Source: Selaginella moellendorffii (lineage: Eukaryota > Plantae > Lycopodiophyta). From it: a stretch of DNA of 64,000 nt. How positions within the stretch are numbered: position 1 is the first letter of the stretch; each line of letters begins with the position of its first letter. The translations under genes were made by a program, and so were the position numbers. Shown here piece after piece: positions 23,160 through 33,246 of the stretch. The notes under the pieces were generated by a model. That model was not told the DNA's origin and ran no database searches. It worked only from the letters and a program-made list of their open reading frames with translations. Where the stretch lies: positions 1,098,693-1,162,692 of the forward strand of contig NW_003314284.1 of NCBI RefSeq assembly GCF_000143415.4. Reading direction: 5' to 3'.

Positions 23160-25070
23160 ATGGCTCCTGCTGCGGCCATGGCCGGGCTCGCTTGCTCGTG
23201 CCTGGCGCTCAATCACCACAGCTGGGGAAATGCCGACGGAATCCTCTCCGCTTGGCCATCGCGATCCCTGCATGCTCATGGAATCGCCAGTCGCCGTGTC
23301 TGGAGCAGCGGATTTAGTAGAAGAGATCTTCGTTTCTCCAGATGGACATTTGCGACTCCAACTCCAGTTCACGCTCAGGCTCAAGCAGCTCCGGTGATAA
23401 ACGAGAAAAATAATCTGGTAAGCACCAATCCATCGAGCTTGCCACCACTCACCAGTGCTCCAGCTAGTTATCCAGAGTGCCTTGAGATCCAAGGCGGCAC
23501 AGTTCTATCTGGCCACGTCCAGATAAGTGGTGCCAAGAACTCGGCGCTAGCAGTTCTCGCTGGTGCCTTGTGTACCAACGATCAAGTCAGCCTCCGGATG
23601 GTTCCGGACCTCCATGACATCCGGAGGATGTTCCAGGTGCTCCAGTCAGTCGGGGTGCGCATCAGACGAGAGGCTTGCGACATTGTGATTGACTCTCGTC
23701 ATATCACTTCGGTGGAGCCGTGCCCCGACGTCGTGAGGAAGCTCAGAGCGAGCTTCTTTGTCATCGGTGCTCTTGTGGGACGACAGGGTGAAGCGGTAGT
23801 TCCTCTACCTGGTGGTTGCAACATTGGAGCTAGACCGATTGATCTTCACGTCCGTGGCTTGCAAGCTTTGGGAGCGCAAGTGAAAGTCAGGCTAGTGATG
23901 TTTCCTTTTTTATTTTATTTTATTTCTCCTTGTTGACAACTCATCCAACGTTGTACTTTGCAGGCATGGGAAAGTTCATGCTCGAGCAGCGAATGGATCA
24001 AAACTGGTCGGTGGGAGCTTCTGTCTTGACTATCCGAGCGTTGGCGCGACGGAGACGTTGATGATGGCTGCGGCACTGGCAGATGGCAAGTCGACGTTGT
24101 ACAATGTCGCTCAGGTATGATTTTCTTACGTTGCTGCCTTCTCATGAAACGTAATGCATGGAAAGAATTAACGTCGTTCAGGAACCCGAGGTTGTGGATC
24201 TTGCGGAGTTTCTGAACTCTTGTGGTGCAAACATAACTGGTGCAGGAACCAAGTGTCTCTCGGTCGAAGGGGTCCCGAGATTGCACGGGACGTCGTTTAC
24301 GATAATTCCAGATCGCATTGAAGCTGGGACATTCTTGATGGCCGCAGCCATAACACGGTCATCCATTTCCATGTCTCGAGTTGTGCCTCGACACTTGGTT
24401 GCTGTTGTGAGCAAGCTACAACAAATCGGCTGCAAAATTGTGCAAACCGCACCCGACGGGCTCGAGGTAAATTCCTCGTGATCAAGTGGCTTGGCGGTAT
24501 GTACCACGAGTTCGTGCAGGTGACTTGCGGTTCGCGTCTCCAAAGGCTGGATGTGACAACCCTTCCGTATCCTGGTTTTCCCACTGACTTGCAACCACAG
24601 ATGTCATCTCTTATGACAACTTGTTGCGGACAAAGTATCGTGGAAGAAACTGTATTTGAGAGCAGGATGCGGCACGGTAAAAACTTTGAGTGTTCCATTG
24701 CGCTGCTATTTCATGGTGAGGTACTGTGCAGTGGAGGAGCTTCAAAAGCTGGGAGCTAAAATAAGAGTGAGCAAGAACTTAGCATTTATAAGTGGCAAGG
24801 ACCAAGGAAGGTATAGCGTTTTTGGGTCGTTCTTTTGCAACATCATGCGTGTGGTTTCTTGGCAGCTCTTTGTACGGAGCCCCGGTTCTAGCAACGGATT
24901 TACGAGCGGGAGCCGCTTTGGTTCTTGCTGGAATGGCTGGTGAAGGCGTCACCACTATTGAAGGTGTCAGTCACATTGACAGGGGCTACGAAAAACTCGA
25001 TGTTAAACTTGCCAAACTCGGGGCCAAACTAACTAGGAAAGCTTGTTTACCGTCTGAGCTGACACTCTGA
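23160..25070 (+). CDS. MurA: UDP-N-acetylglucosamine 1-carboxyvinyltransferase, plastid-targeted (multi-exon)
   Basis: Motifs [31 protein letters not shown] (catalytic-loop Cys), [42 protein letters not shown] and HIDRGYE. There is a ~100-aa Ser/Arg-rich N-terminal extension. Confidence 0.97.
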
Positions 25071-25343
25071 TGAGACGTTTCGTGCAGTTTTGTGCTGTGA
25101 TTTCTTTTTGCTGTTCCTCATTTTGAGACGATAATCTGAGGAGGTAATAAATTTTTTCTCCACCGTGCTGACCAATCAGTAGTTATTTGTCGGATGGCGT
25201 GAAACTCAGAAGAAGATTATCAACAATCCAGCGTACGAAAAACGTCTATATTTGCAAGAACGAGGAACGCTCCAAAAGCGTGGAAGGTAAGGAGGTTTCT
25301 CTTTCAGTAAAAATTCGATCCTTCTTACTCTTTCAGCTCGAAG

Positions 25344-26399
25344 ATGTCTAAACTCCAGGCTCAAGCAAGGGTCCCCTGCAAAGCTCCTGACTGTTTGAGG
25401 TCGTTTACGAGCAAGGAGTACATGCTACAACATTTCAGAGATAGTCACGGCCAATGTTCTGGCTCAACCAAGGCTCCCTCGGCCCCAACTCCTACTCCGA
25501 AAGTCCTGGCCTGCAGTGACTGTGGAGCGAAGTTCCGGGATCACCAGCAGCTCCATCAGCACCAGCGGTCGTCAGCAGCGCATATGAAGGTGTCCGGCCC
25601 ACGGGACGGGGGAAAGCACTTCTCATGCTTCGTGTGCGGCGCGAAGTTCGACTCCCCGCAGTACCTGGACCAGCACTTCCTGGTAAAGCACGCAGGTAAC
25701 CACTCCTCTGGCCAGTTTCCAGAAGCTCTCTCGTTATTTACCCGTGTTTTTTCAGTGGAGGGCATGCGCAGGGACGACCCGGAACGAGGAAGAGTCTTGG
25801 CATACTTCCGTGCCAAATGGAACCATCCAGGCAGCGAAGCGTCCATCATTGACATCCTCCGCGTGTACAATCCGGGTCACAGGGTGAAGCGGTTCGCGGA
25901 CTACAGAGAAAAGCTGATGGCCCAGAGAGGCAGCAGGGACGAGAAGATTGGAAAGAATGGAAACGAGGTCCTGCGCTTCCACGGCACGACGGTCCTGTGC
26001 GGGCTCGGGACGCCGCAGCAGCAGTCACTGTGCAGCAATCTCTCGTGCAGCCTCTGCAACATCATCCTGGCCGGATTCAAGAAGAAGAAAGCAAAGGTGG
26101 ATGGATTCCTCCGGTTTGGGGCGGGGATCTATGTGACGGCAACCAGCAGCAAGGCAAACGACTATGTCAAGGCCTACGGCAGCTCCTCGGGTTCCAGACA
26201 CCATGCCATGCTCGTGTGTAAGGTTCTGGCCGGGCGAGTGTTCAAGGTGACCGAGGACAGGCCCGAGTTGGTTGCTCCACCGGATGGCTATCACTCCGTG
26301 TCTGGTGAAGTGGGAGGGATACTCAACTTTGATGAGCTTGTGGTGTATGATAATGCTGCCATCCTTCCTCAGTCTATTATTGTCTATGATATCATGTAG
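25344..26399 (+). CDS. Three C2H2 zinc fingers fused to a PARP-like ADP-ribosyltransferase domain
   Basis: Fingers CKAPDC..H..H, CSDC..H..H and CFVC..H..H. ART motifs NEVLRFHGT, FGAGIYVTATSSKANDY, MLVCKVLAGR and DELVVYDNAAILP. Single coding exon. Confidence 0.88.
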   Translation: MSKLQAQARVPCKAPDCLRSFTSKEYMLQHFRDSHGQCSGSTKAPSAPTPTPKVLACSDCGAKFRDHQQLHQHQRSSAAHMKVSGPRDGGKHFSCFVCGAKFDSPQYLDQHFLVKHAGNHSSGQFPEALSLFTRVFSVEGMRRDDPERGRVLAYFRAKWNHPGSEASIIDILRVYNPGHRVKRFADYREKLMAQRGSRDEKIGKNGNEVLRFHGTTVLCGLGTPQQQSLCSNLSCSLCNIILAGFKKKKAKVDGFLRFGAGIYVTATSSKANDYVKAYGSSSGSRHHAMLVCKVLAGRVFKVTEDRPELVAPPDGYHSVSGEVGGILNFDELVVYDNAAILPQSIIVYDIM

Positions 26400-26589
26400 A
26401 CAATGCATCCAAAGTTTGCTAAAATTTTAGCTATAGTTTAAATTCAAGTATTTAAAGGTACTCAACTATCCCCTTAAGCTTTGCATAACTAGTTCCCGAT
26501 TTTTAATCACAGCCAGTAACCTTTTCCTTTTTCCCTAACTCTATATAAATTAGCTTGTGCATTAGGTTTTGCCATAAGGTTTTGGCGAG

Positions 26590-27552
26590 ATGACGAGGTG
26601 GTCGAGGATCTTAGTGTTCGTGGTTGAAATCTTGGCTCTCTGCGTGTGCGTGTATGGGAGGTCGATTCCTCAACTGAGGACTATCTACATGGGAGATTCA
26701 ATCTTCGACGTGGGCACAAACAAATATGTGAAGGATTCAGTTTCGCGCTGTGATTTTGTGCCATATGGGGAGACGAGGTTTAGAAAGCCATCCGGAAGGT
26801 GTAGTGATGGGTTTATAATTCCAGATCTGATAAACAAGGCGATAGGTTTGCCCTTTTCAAGACCATTCTTGGGCTTGAAAGCTGGGAGTCAATTTCCACT
26901 AAGCATCAACTTTGCTTCATACGGCAGTGGTTTACTTGACTCGACTCACTCGGACTGGGGCGTTGTGTCATTTAACGAGCAACTTAAGCAGCTTGGGCAA
27001 CTCTCCAAGAAGAATCTCAATCTCAATGATTTTGTGGTTGTGATATCTTCTAGTGGGAACGATATTGCAGCAAATCTTCAAGACATAGCTAATGTTGACT
27101 TGAAAGCAATGTTAACATCACTCGAGAAGGGCTTACAAGAGCTGTACAATCATGGATTTCGGAAGACTATCTACTCTAGTGTTGGGGCACTAGGATGTTC
27201 GCCTATTGTGACTTCCGGAGGGAGATGTGTGAGTGAGATTAACAATCTGGTGGAAGAATTCAATATACAAGCTCGGGAGATTGTTTTGGGGGTGGCAAAG
27301 AAGTTTCCAGGGATGAAAGGAGCATTTGTGGATGGTTACTCTTTGATTAAATCATATGTGGACAATCCAAAGAGGTTTGGATTTAAGAAAGCTGGTGGTT
27401 GTTGCCCCAACTGCCTTTCACAAAAGAACACATTTAGTGGGTTGTGCAAGAATCCAAGTGATTATGTCTTCTGGGATATAATACACCCAACTGAACACAC
27501 GTACACACGCTTAACTAAGGAATTCATGAAGCAAATTAAAAAATTATTGTAA
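26590..27552 (+). CDS. Secreted GDSL esterase/lipase, intronless
   Basis: Signal peptide, block I MGDSIFDVGTN, PSGRCSDG, NFASYGSG, GND and the catalytic WDIIHPT. TATA box ctatataaat at ~26541. Confidence 0.93.
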   Translation: MTRWSRILVFVVEILALCVCVYGRSIPQLRTIYMGDSIFDVGTNKYVKDSVSRCDFVPYGETRFRKPSGRCSDGFIIPDLINKAIGLPFSRPFLGLKAGSQFPLSINFASYGSGLLDSTHSDWGVVSFNEQLKQLGQLSKKNLNLNDFVVVISSSGNDIAANLQDIANVDLKAMLTSLEKGLQELYNHGFRKTIYSSVGALGCSPIVTSGGRCVSEINNLVEEFNIQAREIVLGVAKKFPGMKGAFVDGYSLIKSYVDNPKRFGFKKAGGCCPNCLSQKNTFSGLCKNPSDYVFWDIIHPTEHTYTRLTKEFMKQIKKLL

Positions 27553-30500
27553 AATTAACAAATTATATTAGCTATTAAAAAAAATTGAATTTCTTACTAT
27601 ATTTCATTCTTTGTTATTACATTATATAAGTAAAAAATTAACATCTCAAGTTTATAATTTCTTGCTTAAGAGAGCAAATACCGTTTTCTTGTACTCTCAA
27701 ATATTTTGCATGTGTTGCCTTGACTGGAGAAAAGGTCTTGTTCCGAGGATTTCATCCGTTTGAACGTCGTTGCACGGGATCGACAGATTTTTAGTTGTTG
27801 TTTGAATCGAATCGTACTTGCTATTTCCCCTTCAATGCCCCAGTCCAACTCCGCTGATCGATCAACTATAAAACGCCACTTGCTAGGCTACTTGCTGCGA
27901 TGATTCTCCACGGGCTCCCTCCGCCTCGCCATTGCCGACAACGACATAGCCTCCCTCAATAACGGTTTGCCAAAAGAGCCGAGGCCTCGTAACTTTGGTC
28001 CTTTGTGCATGGTACTCCTCAAACATCTCCAAGCAAATACGAACTAATTCAAGGATCAAAAGAAAAAAAGTGTGAGCTTGCTTTGATCTGATCGAACCGC
28101 ATATGATCACCGACTCAAGCTTAACATATAATGGTTGTACTTGCGACAAGGAATCCAGTCAAGGGTCAGCTGCCATTACGCTAACTTTTCCGAAGTAGGA
28201 ATTCAGGTTGTTCTTGCGCCAGGCAGAGAAAGCACAAGGCCAGGGTTTAAAGAAAGCAGCACGGTAAAAGGCTACGTACTACTACTACTAGTATACTATA
28301 TAGATTTATTGAATGAATAGCTATATAGTTCGTTCAGAAGCAAATGCAGCCGTGGGTGGCTGTATACCGTGCAGTATGCAGCCGTTGCACAGCGCAGCAC
28401 CATGGCTGGGCTAAGTTATCGTTTCCGAGTGACCTTACCGCCACCATTGGCCATGAAAGCCACGTACAGCGCTCGCAACAGTAGTATTTGTTGCAAGCAG
28501 CTTTTGCTGCTGCTGCTGCTGCTGCTGCTGCTACTGCTGAGGTCGCTTTCGCTCCGCCCCAAATCGATTCCAACCAAGCGAGCAAGGGGTAATCTCTTTC
28601 TTAGAGTCAAACCAGCGCATTTAAAAACCCCATCTCCAGCTTCCGCTTTAGTGTATTCATGAGCCGTGAACTTTCTTCTTTATCTATTATATAGATGTAT
28701 CTAGATTAGATTATAGATTTCGATTTCATGGAGGCGACGACGAAAGCACAGAGAGAGAGAGAACTCGCCTCGTTAATCGTAAGTCAGCCAGCTAGTTTCG
28801 ATACCTCCTTGTCTGTCTGCCTGTCTACTGCGTGCTGGTGGCGCCTGTTATGGAGCATTCTCGAGAGAGATATGGCGAACCTTGAGAGGATCTAAAAAAA
28901 TTATTCTAGATGACAATGGTGTATATATTACAAAAAGAGGAAGAAAAACAAACCAGTCAATATCAGCTGTGCGCTTCTCAGCCACGTTTTCACAATTATA
29001 TGTGTAATGAAAAGCGCGCAGGGAAACATCTAAGACGTGCTTGCAAGCGGTCTTGGAAGTCTCTCGTGGTCAAGACGAGTTAATGGCGCTGGAAAGAGAT
29101 GGCCACGGTTTAGAAGGGGATCGGTCGCAGCTCGCAGCTTGGTTCAAATCTCATGTGCTGAACTAGCTTTCTCTCTGATCCTTTCCTGAGTTGGTTTTAA
29201 TCCCTGTCCCAATGGCTGCATGAATACATTGTAACTACCACGTCGCCATGCTTACAACAGTTGCCAGGGGGAGTCGTCCTCGGAGCAGCAACAGCAGCAA
29301 GCGAGGAGCGCAGCAACAGCTTCGGCTTCTGGAATCTCCGATTAATGTCGTGAAAGAGACGTGCTTTCTTGCTTGCACACACACATAAAAACACCTACAC
29401 ACACTCGCATACAACACTTCTGTCAACTTTTATTATATCACACAGGTCAGAAATCAGAATCAGCAACAGCAGCAGCAGCAGCAGCGGCAGCAGAAAGCAG
29501 CAAACAAGAGCAGCAGAAAGACTTATGAGAGCAGATAGAGAGACAAACGCAAAGAGGCAAAAAACACTATGGAAGCACTGGGATCTGTAGAGTGAAAACA
29601 AGAGAGAAAACAAAGGGGCGGTGCAAAACCCAAGGGGTGCCAATTGCTCTCTCATTTGCAAAGCGGCAGCTTGCACAGTACCCTCATACGTAGACCTTGT
29701 CTCTTTGTATAGTTTTTTACTATTGCTGCTTTCTCCTGCGATCTTCCTGCATTGAAGTTTGCAATGGAGGGGGAGGAAGTGAATCAAATCACCGGGCACA
29801 GAGATGCTATTGTCATGCCAGCCAAGAGCATGGGATTTATCAATCCGCGAGAGCGTTGCGTTTGTAGATTAGTTATTATGCGGTGGTGTTTGCATTTTAT
29901 ATTTCTACAATTTCACAACTTGTTACGCAACGATTATAAGCAGAACACAAGGACAGAATGGGACTTGTCCAGGACTGCCTATAATAATCATAATAATAAA
30001 AATAATAAGAGAAGCTGATTTAGAACGGCAACTTCGAAACTTCGGTGAGCATTTGCCTGTCGTTGTGTTGGTTTTGCTTTGGCCGTTCCTTGAAGGAATC
30101 TGTGCACCGCAATGCCGAGATTTTTTAGGAAAAAAGCCTTGCGGAATTGCTGCGGTGCGCAGCATTGCGAAAACCAAAACACCCAGCTCCGAGTTGACTT
30201 GTAATGCAGTCGTAGATCGATCACGAATCACGAAAGAAGTGGAGCTCCCGAGGCCAAACAACGTGCACTTCACGACGCTATGCTTCGGGAACCAGATCTT
30301 ATTGTTGTTTCGGATGAAAAGTCACTGATCTCAGGAGCAGTACATACTACAATTCTACGTGGTAACGAAAGCTTTCCCACCATGATCACGACAGATCAGA
30401 ACGAAAAAGTCTTGTCCGTGGTGAAGGAAGTCAAGAGCTATCACGAAACCATGCTGTAGACAACAAACGAAGAAACTAGAGTTCTCCCTGCAACTCTGTG

Positions 30501-30614
30501 CAGCTCACAGATCTATTTCAAATGCTACAGTTTTGTTGACAAACTTACCTGCATGGATGCATGGATTCGAGAGAGAGAGCGCGTAGTCGACGACGAAGGC
30601 GAGAGTGAATGGTG

Positions 30615-30750
30615 CAATCTCAGATGAGGGGAATGAAGCCTGGTCCGAGAGCGCACATTTCTGGCACAGTTCTTCTGGAGTACTTCCCAGGAGAGAAAAG
30701 ATCAAAGGAATGCCTCCCTCGAGCCAGGCAACAATCCCCACATCCAGGAC
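30615..30750 (-). ncRNA. MIR166: MIR166 precursor hairpin (mature miR166 30628-30648; star ~30717-30737)
   Basis: The minus strand carries an exact UCGGACCAGGCUUCAUUCCCC on the 3' arm and the complementary GGAUUGUUGCCUGGCUCGAGG on the 5' arm, with extended basal pairing (ggatgtggggat / ttcccctcatct). Confidence 0.96.
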
Positions 30751-31068
30751 TTGCTCCGCAATCGATCTCATCCTCTCACACGTGAACTCAAGGAGGAAGG
30801 GATTGATTGGTAGGGAGGGAAAAGAGAAAACCCAACCATCGAGGAGCGACAAAACGGAAAGACAAGAATTGGGTGTGAATCTCACAGCCCGCGCTGCCGA
30901 ATTTTGAATCGCGGCCAGGACAATCTTGGCATGCTGCTGGCAATCGAGCAAGAACCCCCATGCCTTCTCCTCCCGGAAAGATGAGAGAGAGAGAGAGAGG
31001 AAAGCGAAGAAGAACGAAGAAAGAAGAAGAAGAAGAAGCGAACGGAGGGTTTCCAAAGAATGGGCTCT

Positions 31069-31079
31069 TATTTTATAGC
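31069..31079 (-). promoter_or_regulatory. TATA box of pri-MIR166
   Basis: gctataaaata on the minus strand, flanked by CT/GA tracts, ~320 bp upstream of the hairpin. A 5' splice site CAG|GTAAGT lies just downstream of the hairpin (~30548). Confidence 0.6.
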
Positions 31080-32013
31080 AGGGAAGACTCGAATCGATCG
31101 AGAGAGAGAGAGAGAGCGTGAGAGAGAGAGAGACCGAGAGAGAGGCGCGCAAGAAAGAAAGAAATCGAGGAGGTCTTCTCTTTTTTTAACGGAACGGCGC
31201 TACATTTAGTTAGCGGCATTTTGGTACACAAACAAGGAAAAAAAAAAAAAAGCCATGCCAATGTAGTAAAAGGTCATCGGGGCGGCCCCGTCATTAAAGA
31301 AGGGGCCCGCTGTACGTCCCCCATTGTGGCCCTGTACGGCCCAGGCAAATCCATTCTTTTTTTCTTCTTGGGATGGCCCCATAATGTTGGCGAGAGGGTT
31401 CCCTCAAATTTGTCATGAGTGGCCAATCAACAAAAAAGATAACAAGAAAGAAATGCCAAAAACAAGCAAGGAAAGAAAACACACGGGGTACTACGTGCCG
31501 TACGCGTCGCGCTGGCCAGGCCGTACAGCTGCCCTGTGGCCCATCCAGTCCAGGGGGCCAAGATTTTATAACCCACTGCACGGCCACCACAATTTGCCGA
31601 GGCCCTGGCGAATGCAAGCGGGGGTAAAAAGTTTTGTTACCGGGCCACCTAATTAGAGCGGAATATGCCGCCATGCACGTAAGGTTTAGTTTTGGTTTAG
31701 TTTTTGCGGCAAGAAGGTGGGCAATTGTGTCAGCTTTCAAATTAATGTCTGGAAAAGTGCGTGCATGGCCATGCGCATGCACATGCACATGTTCCAGAGA
31801 CTATAACCCTGATCTGCTTGCTGTATTTCTTTGTTGATAAATGTATAGGCCGCCAGCTACGCCTTGTAGGCCTAGCGTAGCTACGTAGGCAGGCATATTC
31901 AAATCAAAAGATTCCCCTGGATTGACTTCAAGCACTAACAAATGCATTTGACTCCCGGGCCATGAGAAAAATTAGTTGATGGCTATGAGTTTTTTTTTTG
32001 GTATGAGGGGTTT

Positions 32014-32997
32014 TTAGTCGTTTAGTTGCGACTCTTGTTCTTGTTGGAGTTGATGATCTTGTTGTTGTTGTTTGTGGCGGTGTTGCTGTGGATCCCAAGG
32101 CTGGGCGTTTGCGGAGTGGGATTTCTTGGGCGACCCGGAGCTGCCGTCGGAGCCCGAGTCGAAGAAGGTCCAGTGCCGCGCGTCGCCAAACCCGCCGGGG
32201 TATGGCGGGAAGTCGATCACCAGCGGCTCGCCGAAAGGCCACGCGCTGAAGGAAGATCTCCGCTGGTGGTGATGCTGGTGGTGGTGGTGGTAGTTCTCTC
32301 CTCCTCCGCCAAGCTTGGCGGCGGCGGCGACAGCCACAACGGTCTCGCCAATGTCAGCTGAAAACGCCGACGACGACGCCCTCCTCTTGCGCTCGCTCCG
32401 CCAGCTCCTCCGCCAGCAGCGCCACCACCGCCGCCGCCTCAGCAGCCTCGAGCACGCGCCGTAGAGCAGCGTGAGCGGCAGCCGGATGCAGATGAGCGCC
32501 ACCAGGTGGAGGATGGTGCACGGGCAGCAGCACAGCGCCGCGCAGTCGCCCGCGAACGCCACCAGGCATTTGCACGACCGCCGCTTCCACGTCGAGCACT
32601 TGCTCCGCCGCCCCTCCGCCTCCTCCTCCTCGGGCTCCTCCACCGCCGCGCCCCTCGACCTCTTTGGATCCGGCGGCGCCATTGTGGACGAGAGCGACCG
32701 CTCCAGCACCGAGTGCCAGGCCATGTTTTTGGCGGATCCGGATCGAAGGTGGTGGTGGCGCTGCTGCTTTGGTTGCCTCTCGGAGTCCCCAGCCGCCATG
32801 GCCGTGTCCACTTCCGGCGATGGTGGAGGCGCCTTGAGCGTCGGAGCTGCGATCGCCTCCCGACAATCAATCTCCGATTCCGCCGGCTCAATCGCCGCCG
32901 CCTCTTCGCTCCTCCCCGGTGGCTCCTCTTGTGCTCTTAGATCCAGTGCCGCGCTCTCGTTTGTGGCGGCGGCGGCGGCGGCGACGTCCCCCTCCAT
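32014..32997 (-). CDS. Uncharacterised plant protein with Cys-rich membrane-associated motif
   Basis: 327-aa single exon. AGDCAALCCCPCTILHLVALICIRLP followed by a basic stretch matches a recognisable land-plant 'expressed protein' family. The rest is low complexity. Confidence 0.7.
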   Translation of the reverse strand: MEGDVAAAAAATNESAALDLRAQEEPPGRSEEAAAIEPAESEIDCREAIAAPTLKAPPPSPEVDTAMAAGDSERQPKQQRHHHLRSGSAKNMAWHSVLERSLSSTMAPPDPKRSRGAAVEEPEEEEAEGRRSKCSTWKRRSCKCLVAFAGDCAALCCCPCTILHLVALICIRLPLTLLYGACSRLLRRRRWWRCWRRSWRSERKRRASSSAFSADIGETVVAVAAAAKLGGGGENYHHHHQHHHQRRSSFSAWPFGEPLVIDFPPYPGGFGDARHWTFFDSGSDGSSGSPKKSHSANAQPWDPQQHRHKQQQQDHQLQQEQESQLND

Positions 32998-33140
32998 GAA
33001 AAGTCGACCACCATCTCATCTTCTCGCTTCCACCCCCGAGCGTCTCGGCCCCGACAACCAACTTGCCCCGCGCGGGATTCGAGCCCGCGACCTTCTTTCT
33101 CCGAGCGTACAAGCGATTCGAGCTCCCGACCTCCATCTCT

Positions 33141-33246
33141 GTCTCTCTCGGTGCCGGAGCAAGAACAAACGCGTCTCTCTCAGTGCCGGAGCAAGCACAA
33201 ACGCGTCTCTCTCAGTGCCGGAGTAAGAACAAACGCGTCTCTCTCT
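33141..33246. repeat. 32-bp tandem repeat, 3.3 copies
   Basis: Unit gtctctctc(a/g)gtgccggag(c/t)aag(a/c)acaaacgc starts at 33141, 33173 and 33205, with a partial copy at 33237. Confidence 0.9.

Noticed and set aside
23160-25070. MurA as bacterial contamination or recent horizontal transfer
   Set aside because: It has spliceosomal introns and a transit peptide; endosymbiotic origin is the established explanation.
29395-29430. TTGACAGAAG on the minus strand resembling the 5' end of miR156/157
   Set aside because: The match stops after 10 nt and no complementary star arm is present.
28500-29495. (CTG)n at ~28505 and (CAG)n at ~29461 as an inverted pair or poly-Leu/Ser ORFs
   Set aside because: Independent microsatellites; their flanks are not complementary.
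30505-31152. 215-aa minus-strand ORF spanning MIR166
   Set aside because: Non-ATG start, built from CT microsatellite and low-complexity sequence; the hairpin explains the region.
32880-32895. GATTGAGCCG resembling miR171
   Set aside because: Partial match inside a coding exon, with no hairpin.
33141-33246. 32-bp repeats as a CRISPR-like array
   Set aside because: Head-to-tail units with no unique spacers, in a eukaryotic context with no cas genes.
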